Below, piece after piece: positions 11,006 to 24,200 of a stretch of DNA of 36,757 nt; position 1 is the stretch's first letter, and each line of letters opens with the position of its first letter. Under the pieces are notes generated by a model, which saw nothing but the letters and a program-made list of their open reading frames with translations, ran no database searches and had not been told where the DNA came from. The DNA is from Nemertoderma westbladi (taxonomy: Eukaryota > Animalia > Xenacoelomorpha). The translations under genes were made by a program, and so were the position numbers. The stretch is taken from positions 1 through 36,757 of the forward strand of contig JAUCBJ010001915.1 in NCBI GenBank assembly GCA_032718475.1, given 5' to 3'.

Positions 11006-14000
11006 ATTAACTTCCGGTCTAATTAAACCTACTTCCGGTCTAATTAAACCTACGTCCGGTCGATTAAACCTACTTCCGGTCCATTAAACCTACTTCCGGT
11101 CTAATTAAACCTACTTCCGGTCCATTAAACCAACTTCCGGTCCATTAAACCAACTTCCGGTCCATTAAACCAACTTCCGGTCCATTAAACCTACTTCCGG
11201 TCTAATTAAACCTACTTCCGGTCGATTAAACGTACTTCCGGTTTAATTAAACCAACTTCCGGTCCATTAAACCACCTCCCGGTCAATTAAACCGACTACC
11301 GGTCTAATTAAACCAACTTCCGGTCTAATTAAACCTACTTCCGGTGCATTAAAAATACTTCCGGTTCAACTAAACCTACTTTTGGTCTAATTAAACCTAC
11401 TTTTGGTCTAATTAAACCTACTTCTGGTTTAATTAAACCTACTTCCGGTCTAATTAAACCTACTTCCGGTCTAATTAAACCTACATCCGGTCTATTAAAC
11501 CTACTTCCGGTCCATTAAACCTACTTCCGGTCTAATTAAACCTACTTCCGGTCTAATTAAACCTACTTCCGGTCTAATTAAACTTACTTCCGTTCTAATT
11601 AAACCTACTTCCGGTCTAATTAAACCTACTTCCGGTCCATTAAACCTACTTCCGGTCCATTAAACCTACTTCCGGTCCATTAAACCTACTTCCGGTCCAT
11701 TAAACCAACTTCCGGTCCATTAAACCACCTCCCGGTCCATTAAACCACCTCCCGGTCCATTAAACCTACTACCGGTCTAATTAAATCAACTTCCGGTCTA
11801 ATTAAACCTACTTCCGGTGCATTAAAAATACTTCCGGTTCAACTAAACCTACTTTTGATCTAATTAAACCTACTTTTGGTCTAATTAAACCTACTTCCGG
11901 TTCAACTAAACCTACTTCCGGTCTAATTAAACCTACTACCGGTCTAATTAAACCAACTTCCGGTCTAATTAAACCTACTTCCGGTGCATTAAAAATACTT
12001 CCGGTTCAACTAAACCTACTTTTGATCTAATTAAACCTACTTTTGGTCTAATTAAACCTACTTCTGGTTTAATTAAACCTACTTCCGGTCTAATTAAACC
12101 TACTTCCGGTGCATTAAAAATACTACCGGTTCAACTAAACCTACTTTTGATCTAATTAAACCTACTTTTGGTCTAATTAAACCTACTTCCGGTTCAACTA
12201 AACCTACTTCCGGTCTAATTAAACCTACTACCGGTCTAATTAAACCAACTTCCGGTCTAATTAAACCTACTTCCGGTGCATTAAAAATACTTCCGGTTCA
12301 ACTAAACCTACTTTTGGTCTAATTAAACCTACTTCCGGTTCAACTAAACCTACTTCCGGTCTAATTAAACCTACTACCGGTCTAATTAAACCAACTTCCG
12401 GTCTAATTAAACCTACTTCCGGTGCATTAAAAATACTTCCGGTTCAACTAAACCTACTTTTGATCTAATTAAACCTACTTTTGGTCTAATTAAACCTACT
12501 TCCGGTTCAACTAAACCTACTTCCGGTCTAATTAAACCTACTACCGGTCTAATTAAACCAACTACCGGTCTAATTAAACCAACTTCCGGTCTAATTAAAC
12601 CTACTTCCGGTGCATTAAAAATACTTCCGGTTCAACTAAACCTACTTTTGATCTAATTAAACCTACTTTTGGTCTAATTAAACCTACTACCGGTCTAATT
12701 AAACCAACTTCCGGTCTAATTAAACCTACTTCCGGTGCATTAAAAATACTTCCGGTTCAACTAAACCTACTTTTGATCTAATTAAACCTACTTTTGGTCT
12801 AATTAAACCTACTTCCGGTTCAACTAAACCTACTTCCGGTCTAATTAAACCTACTACCGGTCTAATTAAACCAACTTCCGGTCTAATTAAACCTACTTCC
12901 GGTGCATTAAAAATACTTCCGGTTCAACTAAACCTACTTTTGGTCTAATTAAACCTACTTCCGGTTCAACTAAATCTACTTTTGGTCTAATTAAACCTAC
13001 TTCCGGTCTAATTAAACCTACTTCCGGTCTAATTAAACCAACTTCCGGTCTAATTAAACCTACTTCCGGTCTAATTAAACCTACTTCCGGTCTAATTAAA
13101 CCTACTTCCGGTCTAATTAAACCTACTTCCAGTCTAATTAAACCTACTTCCGGTCCATTAAACCTACTACCGGTCCATTAAACCAACTTCCGGTCCATTA
13201 AACCTACTACCGGTCTAATTAAACCAACTTCCGGTCTAATTAAACCTACTTCCGGTCTAATTAAACCTACTTCCGGTCTAATTAAACCTACTTCCGGTGC
13301 ATTAAAAATACTTCCGGTCCATTAAACCTACTTCCGGTCCATTAAACCTACTTCCGGTCCATTAAACCTACTACCGGTCTAATTAAACCAACTTCCGGTC
13401 TAATTAAACCTACTTCCGGTGCATTAAAAATACTTCCGGTACAACTAAACCTACTTTTGGTCTAATTAAACCTACTTCCGGTCTAATTAAACCTACTTCC
13501 GGTTCAACTAAACCTACTTTTGGTCTAATTAAATCTACTTCCGGTCTAATTAAACCTACTTCCGGTCTAATTAAACCTACTTCCGGTCTAATTAAACTTA
13601 CTTCCGGTCTAATTAAACCTACTTCCGGTCTAATTAAACCTACTTCCGGTCCATTAAACCAACTTCCGGTCCATTAAACCAACTTCCGGTCCATTAAACC
13701 TACTTCCGGTCTAATTAAACCTACTTCCGGTCCATTAAACCTACTTCCGGTCTAATTAAACCTACTTCCGGTCCATTAAACCTACTTCCGGTCTAATTAA
13801 ACCTACTTCCGGTCTAATTAAACCTACTTCCGGTCTAATTAAACCTACTTCCGGTCTAATTAAACCTACTTCCGGTCTAATTAAACCTACTTCCGGTCTA
13901 ATTAAACCTACTTCCGGTCCATTAAACCTACTACCGGTCCATTAAACCAACTTCCGGTCCATTAAACCTACTACCGGTCTAATTAAACCAACTTCCGGTC

Positions 14001-16910
14001 TAATTAAACCTACTTCCGGTCTAATTAAACCTACTTCCGGATAAATTAAACCTACTTCCGGTGCATTAAAAATACTTCCGGTCCATTAAACCTACTTCCG
14101 GTCCATTAAACCTACTTCCGGTCCATTAAACCTACTACCGGTCTAATTAAACAAACTTCCGGTCTAATTAAACCTACTTCCGGTGCATTAAAAATACTTC
14201 CGGTTCAACTAAACCTACTTTTGGTCTAATTAAACCTACTTTTGGTCTAATTAAACCTACTTCCGGTCTAATTAAACCTACTTCCGGTTCAACTAAACCT
14301 ACTTTTGGTCTAATTAAATCTACTTCCGGTCTAATTAAACCTACTTCCGGTCTAATTAAACCTACTTCCGGTCTAATTAAACCTACTTCCGGTCTAATTA
14401 AACCTACTTCCGGTCTAATTAAACCTACTTCCGGTCCATTAAACCTACTACCGGTCCATTAAACCAACTTCCGGTCCATTAAACCTACTACCGGTCTAAT
14501 TAAACCAACTTCCGGTCTAATTAAACCTACTTCCGGTCTAATTAAACCTACTTCCGGTGCATTAAAAATACTTCCGGTCCATTAAACCTACTTCCGATCC
14601 ATTAAACCTACTTCCGGTCCATTAAACCTACTACCGGTCTAATTAAACCAACTTCCGGTCTAATTAAACCTACTTCCGGTGCATTAAAAATACTTCCGGT
14701 TCAACTAAACCTACTTTTGGTCTAATTAAACCTACTTCCGGTCTAATTAAACCTACTTCCGGTTCAACTAAACCTACTTTTGGTCTAATTAAACCTACTT
14801 CCGGTCTAATTAAACCTACTTCCGGTCTAATTAAACCTACTTCCGGTCTAATTAAACCTACTTCCGGTATAATTAAACCTACTTCCGGTCCATTAAACCA
14901 ACTTCCGGTCCATTAAACCAACTTCCGGTCCATTAAACCTACTTCCGGTCTAATTAAACCTACTTCCGGTCCATTAAACCTACTTCCGGTCTGATTAAAC
15001 CTACTTCCGGTCCATTAAACCTACTTCCGGTCTAATTAAACCTACTTCCGGTCTAATTAAACCTACTTCCGGTCTAATTAAACCTACTTCCGGTCTAATT
15101 AAACCTACTTCCGGTCTAATTAAACCTACTTCCGGTCTAATTAAACCTACTTCCGGTCCATTAAACCTACTACCGGTCCATTAAACCAACTTCCGGTCCA
15201 TTAAACCTACTACCGGTCTAATTAAACCAACTTCCGGTCTAATTAAACCTACTTCCGGTCTAATTAAACCTACTTCCGGTCTAATTAAACCTACTTCCGG
15301 TGCATTAAAAATACTTCCGGTCCATTAAACCTACTTCCGGTCCATTAAACCTACTTCCGGTCCATTAAACCTGCTACCGGTCTAATTAAACAAACTTCCG
15401 GTCTAATTAAACCTACTTCCGGTGCATTAAAAATACTTCCGGTTCAACTAAACTTACTTTTGGTCTAATTAAACCTACTTCCGGTCTAATTAAACCTACT
15501 TCCGGTTCAACTAAACCTACTTTTGGTCTAATTAAATCTACTTCCGGTCTAATTAAACCTACTTCCGGTCTAATTAAACCTACTTCCGGTCTAATTAAAC
15601 CTACTTCCGGTCTAATTAAACCTACTTCCGGTCCATTAAACCAACTTCCGGTCCATTAAACCAACTTCCGGTCCATTAAACCTACTTCCGGTCCATTAAA
15701 CCTGCTACCGGTCTAATTAAACAAACTTCCGGTCTAATTAAACCTACTTCCGGTGCATTAAAAATACTTCCGGTTCAACTAAACCTACTTTTGGTCTAAT
15801 TAAATCTACTTCTGGTCTAATTAAACCTACTTCCGGTCTAATTAAACCTACTTCCGGTCTAATTAAACCTACTTCCGGTCTAATTAAACCTACTTCCGGT
15901 CTAATTAAACCTACTTCCGGTCCATTAAACCAACTTCCGGTCCATTAAACCAACTTCCGGTCCATTAAACCTACTTCCGGTCTAATTAAACCAACTTCCG
16001 GTCCATTAAACCAACTTCCGGTCCATTAAACCTACTTCCGGTCTAATTAAACCTACTTCCGGTCCATTAAACCTACTTCCGGTCTAATTAAACCTACTTC
16101 CGGTCCATTAAACCTACTTCCGGTCTAATTAAACCTACTTCCGGTCTAATTAAACCTACTTCCGGTCTAATTAAACCTACTTCCGGTCTAATTAAACCTA
16201 CTTCCGGTCTAATTAAACCTACTTCCGGTCTAATTAAACCTACTTCCGGTCCATTAAACCAACTTCCGGTCCATTAAACCAACTTCCGGTCCATTAAACC
16301 TACTTCCGGTCCATTAAACCTGCTACCGGTCTAATTAAACAAACTTCCGGTCTAATTAAACCTACTTCCGGTGCATTAAAAATACTTCCGGTTCAACTAA
16401 ACCTACTTTTGGTCTAATTAAATCTACTTCTGGTCTAATTAAACCTACTTCCGGTCTAATTAAACCTACTTCCGGTCTAATTAAACCTACTTCCGGTCTA
16501 ATTAAACCTACTTCCGGTCTAATTAAACCTACTTCCGGTCCATTAAACCAACTTCCGGTCCATTAAACCAACTTCCGGTCCATTAAACCTACTTCCGGTC
16601 TAATTAAACCAACTTCCGGTCCATTAAACCAACTTCCGGTCCATTAAACCTACTTCCGGTCTAATTAAACCTACTTCCGGTCCATTAAACCTACTTCCGG
16701 TCTAATTAAACCTACTTCCGGTCCATTAAACCTACTTCCGGTCTAATTAAACCTACTTCCGGTCTAATTAAACCTACTTCCGGTCTAATTAAACCTACTT
16801 CCGGTCTAATTAAACCTACTTCCGGTCTAATTAAACCTACTTCCGGTCCATTAAACCTACTACCGGTCCATTAAACCAACTTCCGGTCCATTAAACCAAC
16901 TTCCGGCCTA
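11006..16910. repeat. 20/21-bp satellite, ~285 copies (CTAATTAAACCTACTTCCGGT / CCATTAAACCTACTTCCGGT), with higher-order structure
   Basis: Direct reading. The variant GTGCATTAAAAATAC recurs at spacings of 125-188 bp (6-9 monomers) between 11817 and 12902. Confidence 0.97.
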
Positions 16911-18276
16911 TTAAACCTCTTTCCGATTAACTTTCCCGACCAATCCGTTAGGATTAGTCGCATCGCCGTTCCGTTTTATCGTAAACAATTCGTCTTCCGA
17001 GCCGAGAGAGTCGGAATAAATTCCGGCGGATTTCAGACGCGGCAACATCTCCACCTTATCGTCGCCTAGCAACGTGTACTTGTGCTTCTTGTGCAGTCTG
17101 GACTTACGGCGTCTTTGCGACAGGAATATAAAGCACCAGATGAGCGCCGCGATTACAACCAATATGAGGAAAATGATAATAATGACGTAGAGAATCGACC
17201 AATCACAGTTGGGCTCCTCGAGACCCATAACGTAGGTGAACAGATTGGGCATCCAGAATGAGTCGCAGTGGCAGAGTTTAGTGAAGGAGTCACAGACGCC
17301 TCTAGCGGAGCAGTTGTTTCTGCAGACCAGCGTGTCCACCAACACCACCGGGTACTGCAGTACGTCCTGCGTGTAGAGTTTACTCTTGAGCGAGGCAACC
17401 GAGGCCTCTACCGGAAGTACGGCGCTGCGTTCACCGGAAGTCGACCTCGCCAGGAAGACGACCTGCGTGTGGCCGGTCTCTGGGGACTCCGTGAGACGCT
17501 CGATAATGACGTCATCGTCTAGGATGTCCAATAGAACCGCGAGATGGCGCTGTAGACTGAGTCGATCCTCGAACTTAAACTTGGCTAGTTGAACGTTCAA
17601 CCTGAGTTCTATAAGGTTGAGTTTATGGTCGTCGTCCTTTACGGTAAGAACGACGCGGTCTGCGCCCTGCATTCCCTTGGAGTCGACGACGGTGAGCGTG
17701 AAGTCGTACCGTCCGACCACCAGGTCGTACAGCTCCAGCACGGCGGTGGTGTCCGACTCGGCGGCGACACGACCGGCTGCCGGACTCCCTCCGTCCCGCG
17801 TCCACCTCCAACTCGCAACCTCGTTGTCGTGCGTCGTTCCGGACCCATCGAGTCGCACGTAATCCCGCGGTAGACTCACAACCAGATCCCCTCCGGCGTT
17901 CACCACCGGTGGTTTACTCACGTCTTCCTTAACCACTACGTCGATGGTGTCCCGTCCCGTCTGCCCCTTAGCGTCTGTGACTCTCAGCTGGAACTTATAG
18001 ACCCCCGGCAGTAAATCCTTTACCTGCGCGCGACTTTCCTCTGCTGTCTCTATGACAACCTCCCCGGGGCCGCTGACCTTACTCCACGCCCATGCAACTA
18101 TACGTTGGTCGTCATGGGAACGCGAGCCGTCCAGCTCGACCGAGTTGCTAGGCAACGTCATCTCCTTGTCGGGGCCGGCCTCAGCTATGGGAGGTTCGTC
18201 CTCTTCCGGCTGCACAACAACGCGGACCGACGCCGAGTCGGTCTGTCCAGCCGTGTCTTCTACAGTCAGGATAAAC
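16911..18276 (-). CDS. KIAA0319L: Last coding exon of a KIAA0319/KIAA0319L (AAVR)-like type I membrane protein: end of one PKD domain, two full PKD domains, Cys-rich/EGF-like region, TM helix, cytoplasmic tail
   Basis: PPIAEAGPD..LP.NSVELDGSRSHDD and PPVVNAGGD PKD repeats, CRNNCSARGVCDSFTKLCHCDSFWMPN, NCDWSILYV plus hydrophobic helix, RRRKSR, KYTLL (YxxPhi). The frame extends beyond the ORF-track start (FILTVEDTAGQTDSASVRVVVQPEE) to a phase-2 acceptor CTTAACTACGTTACAG| at 18277. Confidence 0.93.
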
Positions 18277-18278
18277 CT

Positions 18279-21200
18279 GTAACGTAGTTAAGGGAACCGT
18301 TTAATGTACGCAGACGACCTACAAGGTAGTAAGGGAACCGTTTAATGTACACAGACGACCTACAAGGTAGTAAGGGAACCGTTTAATGTACGCAGACGAC
18401 CTACAAGGTAGTAAGGGAACCGTTTAATGTACGGAGACGACCTACAAGGTAGTAAGGGAATCGTTTAATGTACACAGACGACCTACAAGGTAGTAAGGGA
18501 ATCGTTTAATGTACACAGACGACCTACAAGGTAGTAAGGGAACCGTTTAATGTACGCAGACGACCTACAAGGTAGTAAGGGAACCGTTTAATGTACGGAG
18601 ACGACCTACAAGGTAGTAAGTAAGGGAACCGTTTAATGTACGCAGACGACCTATAAGGTAGTAAGGGAACCGTTTAATGTACGCAGACGACCTACAAGGT
18701 AGTAAGGGAACCGTTTAATGTACGCAGACGACCTAAAAGGTAGTAAGGGAATCGTTTAATGTACACAGACGACCTACAAGGTAGTAAGGGAACCGTTTAA
18801 TGTACGCAGACGACCTACAAGGTAGTAAGGGAACCGTTTAATGTACGGAGACGACCTACAAGGTAGTAAGTAAGGGAACCGTTTAATGTACGCAGACGAC
18901 CTACAAGGTAGTAAGGGAACCGTTTAATGTACGCAGACGACCTAGAAGGTAGGAAGGGAACCATTTAATGTACGCAGACGACCTACAAGGTAGTAAGGGA
19001 ACCGTTTAATGTACACAGACGACCTACAAGGTAGTAAGGGAACCATTTAATGTACGCAGACGACCTACAAGGTAGTAAGGGAACCGTTTAATGTACGCAG
19101 ACGACCTACAAGGTAGTAAGGGAACCGTTTAATGTACGCAGACGACCTACAAGGTAGTAAGGGAACCGTTTAATGTACGCAGACGACCTACAAGGTAGTA
19201 AGGGAACCGTTTAATGTACGCAGACGACCTACAAGGTAGTAAGGGAACCGTTTAATGTACGGAGACGACCTACAAGGTAGTAAGGGAACCGTTTAATGTA
19301 CGCAGACGACCTACAAGGTAGTAAGGGAACCGTTTAATGTACGCAGACGACCTAGAAGGTAGGAAGGGAACCGTTTAATGTACGCAGACGACCTACAAGG
19401 TAGTAAGGGAACCATTTAATGTACGCAGACGACCTACAAGGTAGTAAGGGAACCGTTTAATGTACGCAGACGACCTACAAGGTAGTAAGGGAACCATTTA
19501 ATGTACGCAGACGACCTACAAGGTAGTAAGGGAACCGTTTAATGTACACAGACGACCTACAAGGTAGTAAGGGAACCGTTTAATGTACGCAGACGACCTA
19601 CAAGGTAGTAAGGGAACCGTTTAATGTACACAGACGACCTACAAGGTAGTAAGGGAACCGTTTAATGTACGCAGACGACCTACAAGGTAGTAAGGGAACC
19701 GTTTAATGTACACAGACGACCTACAAGGTAGTAAGGGAATCGTTTAATGTACGCAGACGACCTACAAGGTAGTAAGGGAACCATTTAATGTACGCAGACG
19801 ACCTACAAGGTAGTAAGGGAACCGTTTAATGTACGCAGACGACCTACAAGGTAGTAAGGGAACCATTTAATGTACGCAGACGACCTACAAGGTAGTAAGG
19901 GAACCGTTTAATGTACACAGACGACCTACAAGGTAGTAAGGGAACCGTTTAATGTACGCAGACGACCTACAAGGTAGTAAGGGAACCGTTTAATGTACAC
20001 AGACGACCTACAAGGTAGTAAGGGAACCGTTTAATGTACGCAGACGACCTACAAGGTAGTAAGGGAACCGTTTAATGTACACAGACGACCTACAAGGTAG
20101 TAAGGGAATCGTTTAATGTACACAGACGACCTACAAGGTAGTAAGGGAACCGTTTAATGTACGCAGACGACCTACAAGGTAGTAAGGGAACCGTTTAATG
20201 TACGGAGACGACCTACAAGGTAGTAAGGGAACCGTTTAATGTACGGAGACGACCTACAAGGTAGTAAGGGAACCGTTTAATGTACGCAGACGACCTACAA
20301 GGTAGTAAGGGAACCGTTTAATGTACGGAGACGACGTACAAGGTAGTAAGGGAACCGTTTAATGTACGGAGACGACCTACAAGGTAGTAAGGGAACCGTT
20401 TAATGTACGCAGACGACCTACAAGGTAGTAAGGGAACCGTTTAATGTACGGAGACGACCTACAAGGTAGTAAGGGAACCGTTTAATGTACGCAGACGACC
20501 TACAAGGTAGTAAGGGAACCGTTTAATGTACGGAGACGACCTACAAGGTAGTAAGGGAACCGTTTAATGTACGGAGACGACCTACAAGGTAGTAAGGGAA
20601 CCGTTTAATGTACGCAGACGACCTACAAGGTAGTAAGGGAACCGTTTAATGTACGGAGACGACGTACAAGGTAGTAAGGGAACCGTTTAATGTACGCAGA
20701 CGACCTACAAGGTAGTAATGGAACCGTTTAATGTACGCAGACGACCTACAAGGTAGTAAGGGAACCGTTTAATGTACGGAGACGACCTACAAGGTAGTAA
20801 GGGAACCGTTTAATGTACGCAGACGACCTACAAGGTAGTAAGGGAACCGTTTAATGTACGGAGACGACGTACAAGGTAGTAAGGGAACCGTTTAATGTAC
20901 GGAGACGACGTACAAGGTAGTAAGGGAACCGTTTAATGTACACAGACGACCTACAAGGTAGTAAGGGAACCGTTTAATGTACGCAGACGACCTACAAGTA
21001 GTGTTGAGAACTGAATCAATTTTGACTAATTTCAGTTACAGTTACAGTTTCAGTATTCAAAGTTTTGCATTTCAGTTACAGTTACAGTTTCAGTATTCAA
21101 AGTTTTGCATTTCAGTTACAGTTACAGTTTCAGTATTCAAAGTTTTGCATTTCAGTTACAGTTACAGTTTCAGTATTATAAAATTGAGCATTTCAGTTTC

Positions 21201-24200
21201 AGTTACAGTTTCAGTTATAGATTCAATATATATGATCTCATGTAGTAAGCAGTCATCTGAAACTAAAAATGAGGCACTTTAATATATTACTGTTATATAC
21301 GCTAATAATAATGTTCATTACGAAACGTCCTCTTTCTAGAGCTAATAGGTAGTTGTTGTAGGAAAGTTGGACCCACTCTATGGTAATATTTTGTAATTAA
21401 TATACTGATAGTATGTAATGAAAGTGGCACGTCACAAGATCACACTAAGCACCCACATTTTACTGTACATCTTGTTTCAGTGCTTGTACAGTACTGTTAT
21501 CATTTATTGTTTTGGTTATAAAGCCATGCTTCTGAATCCTGCTCATTTTCCTTAATTCGTAATTTGTTTTAGTAATCATATATATGTATTGTTTTGGTTA
21601 GACCCACCTCGATAAGCTGCTCCTTTCACTTTTAAGTTTAATTTTGTAATTTATAATGGTAAACTTGATCAAAATTTAATTTCCATTGTGCCTCTAGTGT
21701 GATATCCCCTTTGATATTAATAGTACCGGTAACATTAATAATTAATAATGTAAGATATATATCCGTTAATATCCCTCTACCATTAGGCCTAACTTTTCTT
21801 TGTTTATCTAAAACATTTACATTTAATATGAAGCAAAAGTGGTGATAAGGCTGATAATAGTCTAATAGCTGAGACAGATAAACATAGACTATATGCTACT
21901 GTAGATCTTCGTTCACTACTTGACTCGCCAAATAAATCACATTTGAGCTAAGTGGGCAATGGGTCTTTGATTTTATATTGTGTAATATTATGGTTTTGTT
22001 CAGAAGTGGAAAAAATTAGATTGTTTTTTTATAACAATGTTTTAAAAATGATACCTATAGTAACCACTGTTATTCATTTATTAAACTATACTCTATACTT
22101 TATTACAATACTGTTTTAAATGCTCATTCATGTTAATTGTGTGATTGAGAACTGAATCGGATTTTGTTAATTTCAGTTTCAGTTACAGTTACAGTATTCA
22201 AAATTCGTAATTACAGTTTCAGTTACAGTTACAGTATTCAAAATTCGCAATTACAGTTACAGTTATAGTTACAGTATCAAAAAAATCATCAAAACCATTC
22301 AGTTACAGTTGCAGTTACAGTATAATTACAGTTACAGTTCTCAACACTACCTACAAGGTAGTTAGGGAACCGTTTAATGGACGCAGACGACCTACAAGGT
22401 AGTAAGGGAACCGTTTAATGTACGCAGACGACCTACAAGGTAGTGAGGGAACCGTTTAATGTACGGAGACGACCTACAAGGTAGTAAGGGAACCGTTTAA
22501 TGTACGCAGACGACCTACAAGGTAGTAAGGGCACCGTTTAATGTACGCAGACGACCTACAAGGTAGTAAGGGAACCGTTTAATGTACGCAGACGACCTAC
22601 AAGGTAGTAAGGGAACCGTTTAATGTACGCAGACGACCTACAAGGTAGTAAGGGAACCGTTTAATGTACGGAGACGACGTACAAGGTAGTAAGGGAACCG
22701 TTTAATGTACGGAGACGACGTACAAGGTAGTAAGGGAACCGTTTAATGTACACAGACGACCTACAAGGTAGTAAGGGAACCGTTTAATGTACGCAGACGA
22801 CCTACAAGGTAGTTAGGGAACCGTTTAATGGACGCAGACGACATACAAGGCAGTAAGGGAACCGTTTAATGTACGCAGACGACCTACAAGGTAGTAAGGG
22901 AACCGTTTAATGTACGCAGACGACCTACAAGGTAGTAAGGGAACCGTTTAATGTACGCAGACGACCTACAAGGTAGTAAGGGAACCGTTTAATGTACGGA
23001 GACGACCTACAAGGTAGTAAGGGAACCGTTTAATGTACGCAGACGACCTACAAGGTAGTAAGGGAACCGTTTAATGTACGCAGACGACCTACAAGGTAGT
23101 AAGGGAACCGTTTAATGTACGCAGACGACCTACAAGGTAGTAAGGGAACCGTTTAATGTACGCAGACGACCTACAAGGTAGTAAGGGAACCGTTTAATGT
23201 ACGCAGACGACCTACAAGGTAGTAAGGGAACCGTTTAATGTACGCAGACGACCTACAAGGTAGTAAGGGAACCGTTTAATGTACGGAGACGACCTACAAG
23301 GTAGTAAGGGAACCGTTTAATGTACGCAGACGACCTACAAGGTAGTAAGGGAACCGTTTAATGTACGCAGACGACCTACAAGGTAGTAAGGGAACCGTTT
23401 AATGTACGCAGACGACCTACAAGGTAGTAAGGGAACCGTTTAATGTACGCAGACGACCTACAAGGTAGTAAGGGAACCGTTTAATGTACGGAGACGACCT
23501 ACAAGGTAGTAAGGGAACCGTTTAATGTACGCAGACGACCTACAAGGTAGTAAGGGAACCGTTTAATGTACGCAGACGACCTACAAGGTAGTAAGGGAAC
23601 CGTTTAATGTACGCAGACGACCTACAAGGTAGTAAGGGAACCGTTTAATGTACGGAGACGACCTACAAGGTAGTAAGGGAACCGTTTAATGTACGCAGAC
23701 GACCTACAAGGTAGTAAGGGAACCGTTTAATGTACGCAGACGACCTACAAGGTAGTAAGGGAACCGTTTAATGTACGGAGACGACGTACAAGGTAGTAAG
23801 GGAACCGTTTAATGTACGGAGACGACCTACAAGGTAGTAAGGGAACCGTTTAATGTACGGAGACGACCTACAAGGTAGTAAGGGAACCGTTTAATGTACG
23901 CAGACGACCTACAAGGTAGTAAGGGAACCGTTTAATGTACGCAGACGACCTACAAGGTAGTAAGGGAACCGTTTAATGTACGGAGACGACCTACAAGGTA
24001 GTAAGGGAACCGTTTAATGTACGCAGACGACCTACAAGGTAGTAAGGGAACCGTTTAATGTACGGAGACGACCTACAAGGTAGTAAGGGAACCGTTTAAT
24101 GTACGGAGACGACCTACAAGGTAGTAAGGGAACCGTTTAATGTACGGAGACGACCTACAAGGTAGTAAGGGAACCGTTTAATGTACGCAGACGACCTACA

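Noticed and set aside
10164-11087. Short ORFs 10164-10412 and 10875-11087 (likewise 3398, 4072, 5778, 6212, 7562)
   Set aside because: Low-complexity AT-rich or repeat-derived, with no motifs.
17153-18287. Several short ORFs overlapping the KIAA0319-like exon
   Set aside because: Antisense or out-of-frame shadows of a GC-rich exon.
20977-21282. 101-aa ORF starting MYADDLQV, resembling an RT YADD motif
   Set aside because: YADD is simply the satellite monomer translated; the rest is CAGTTA subterminal repeat.
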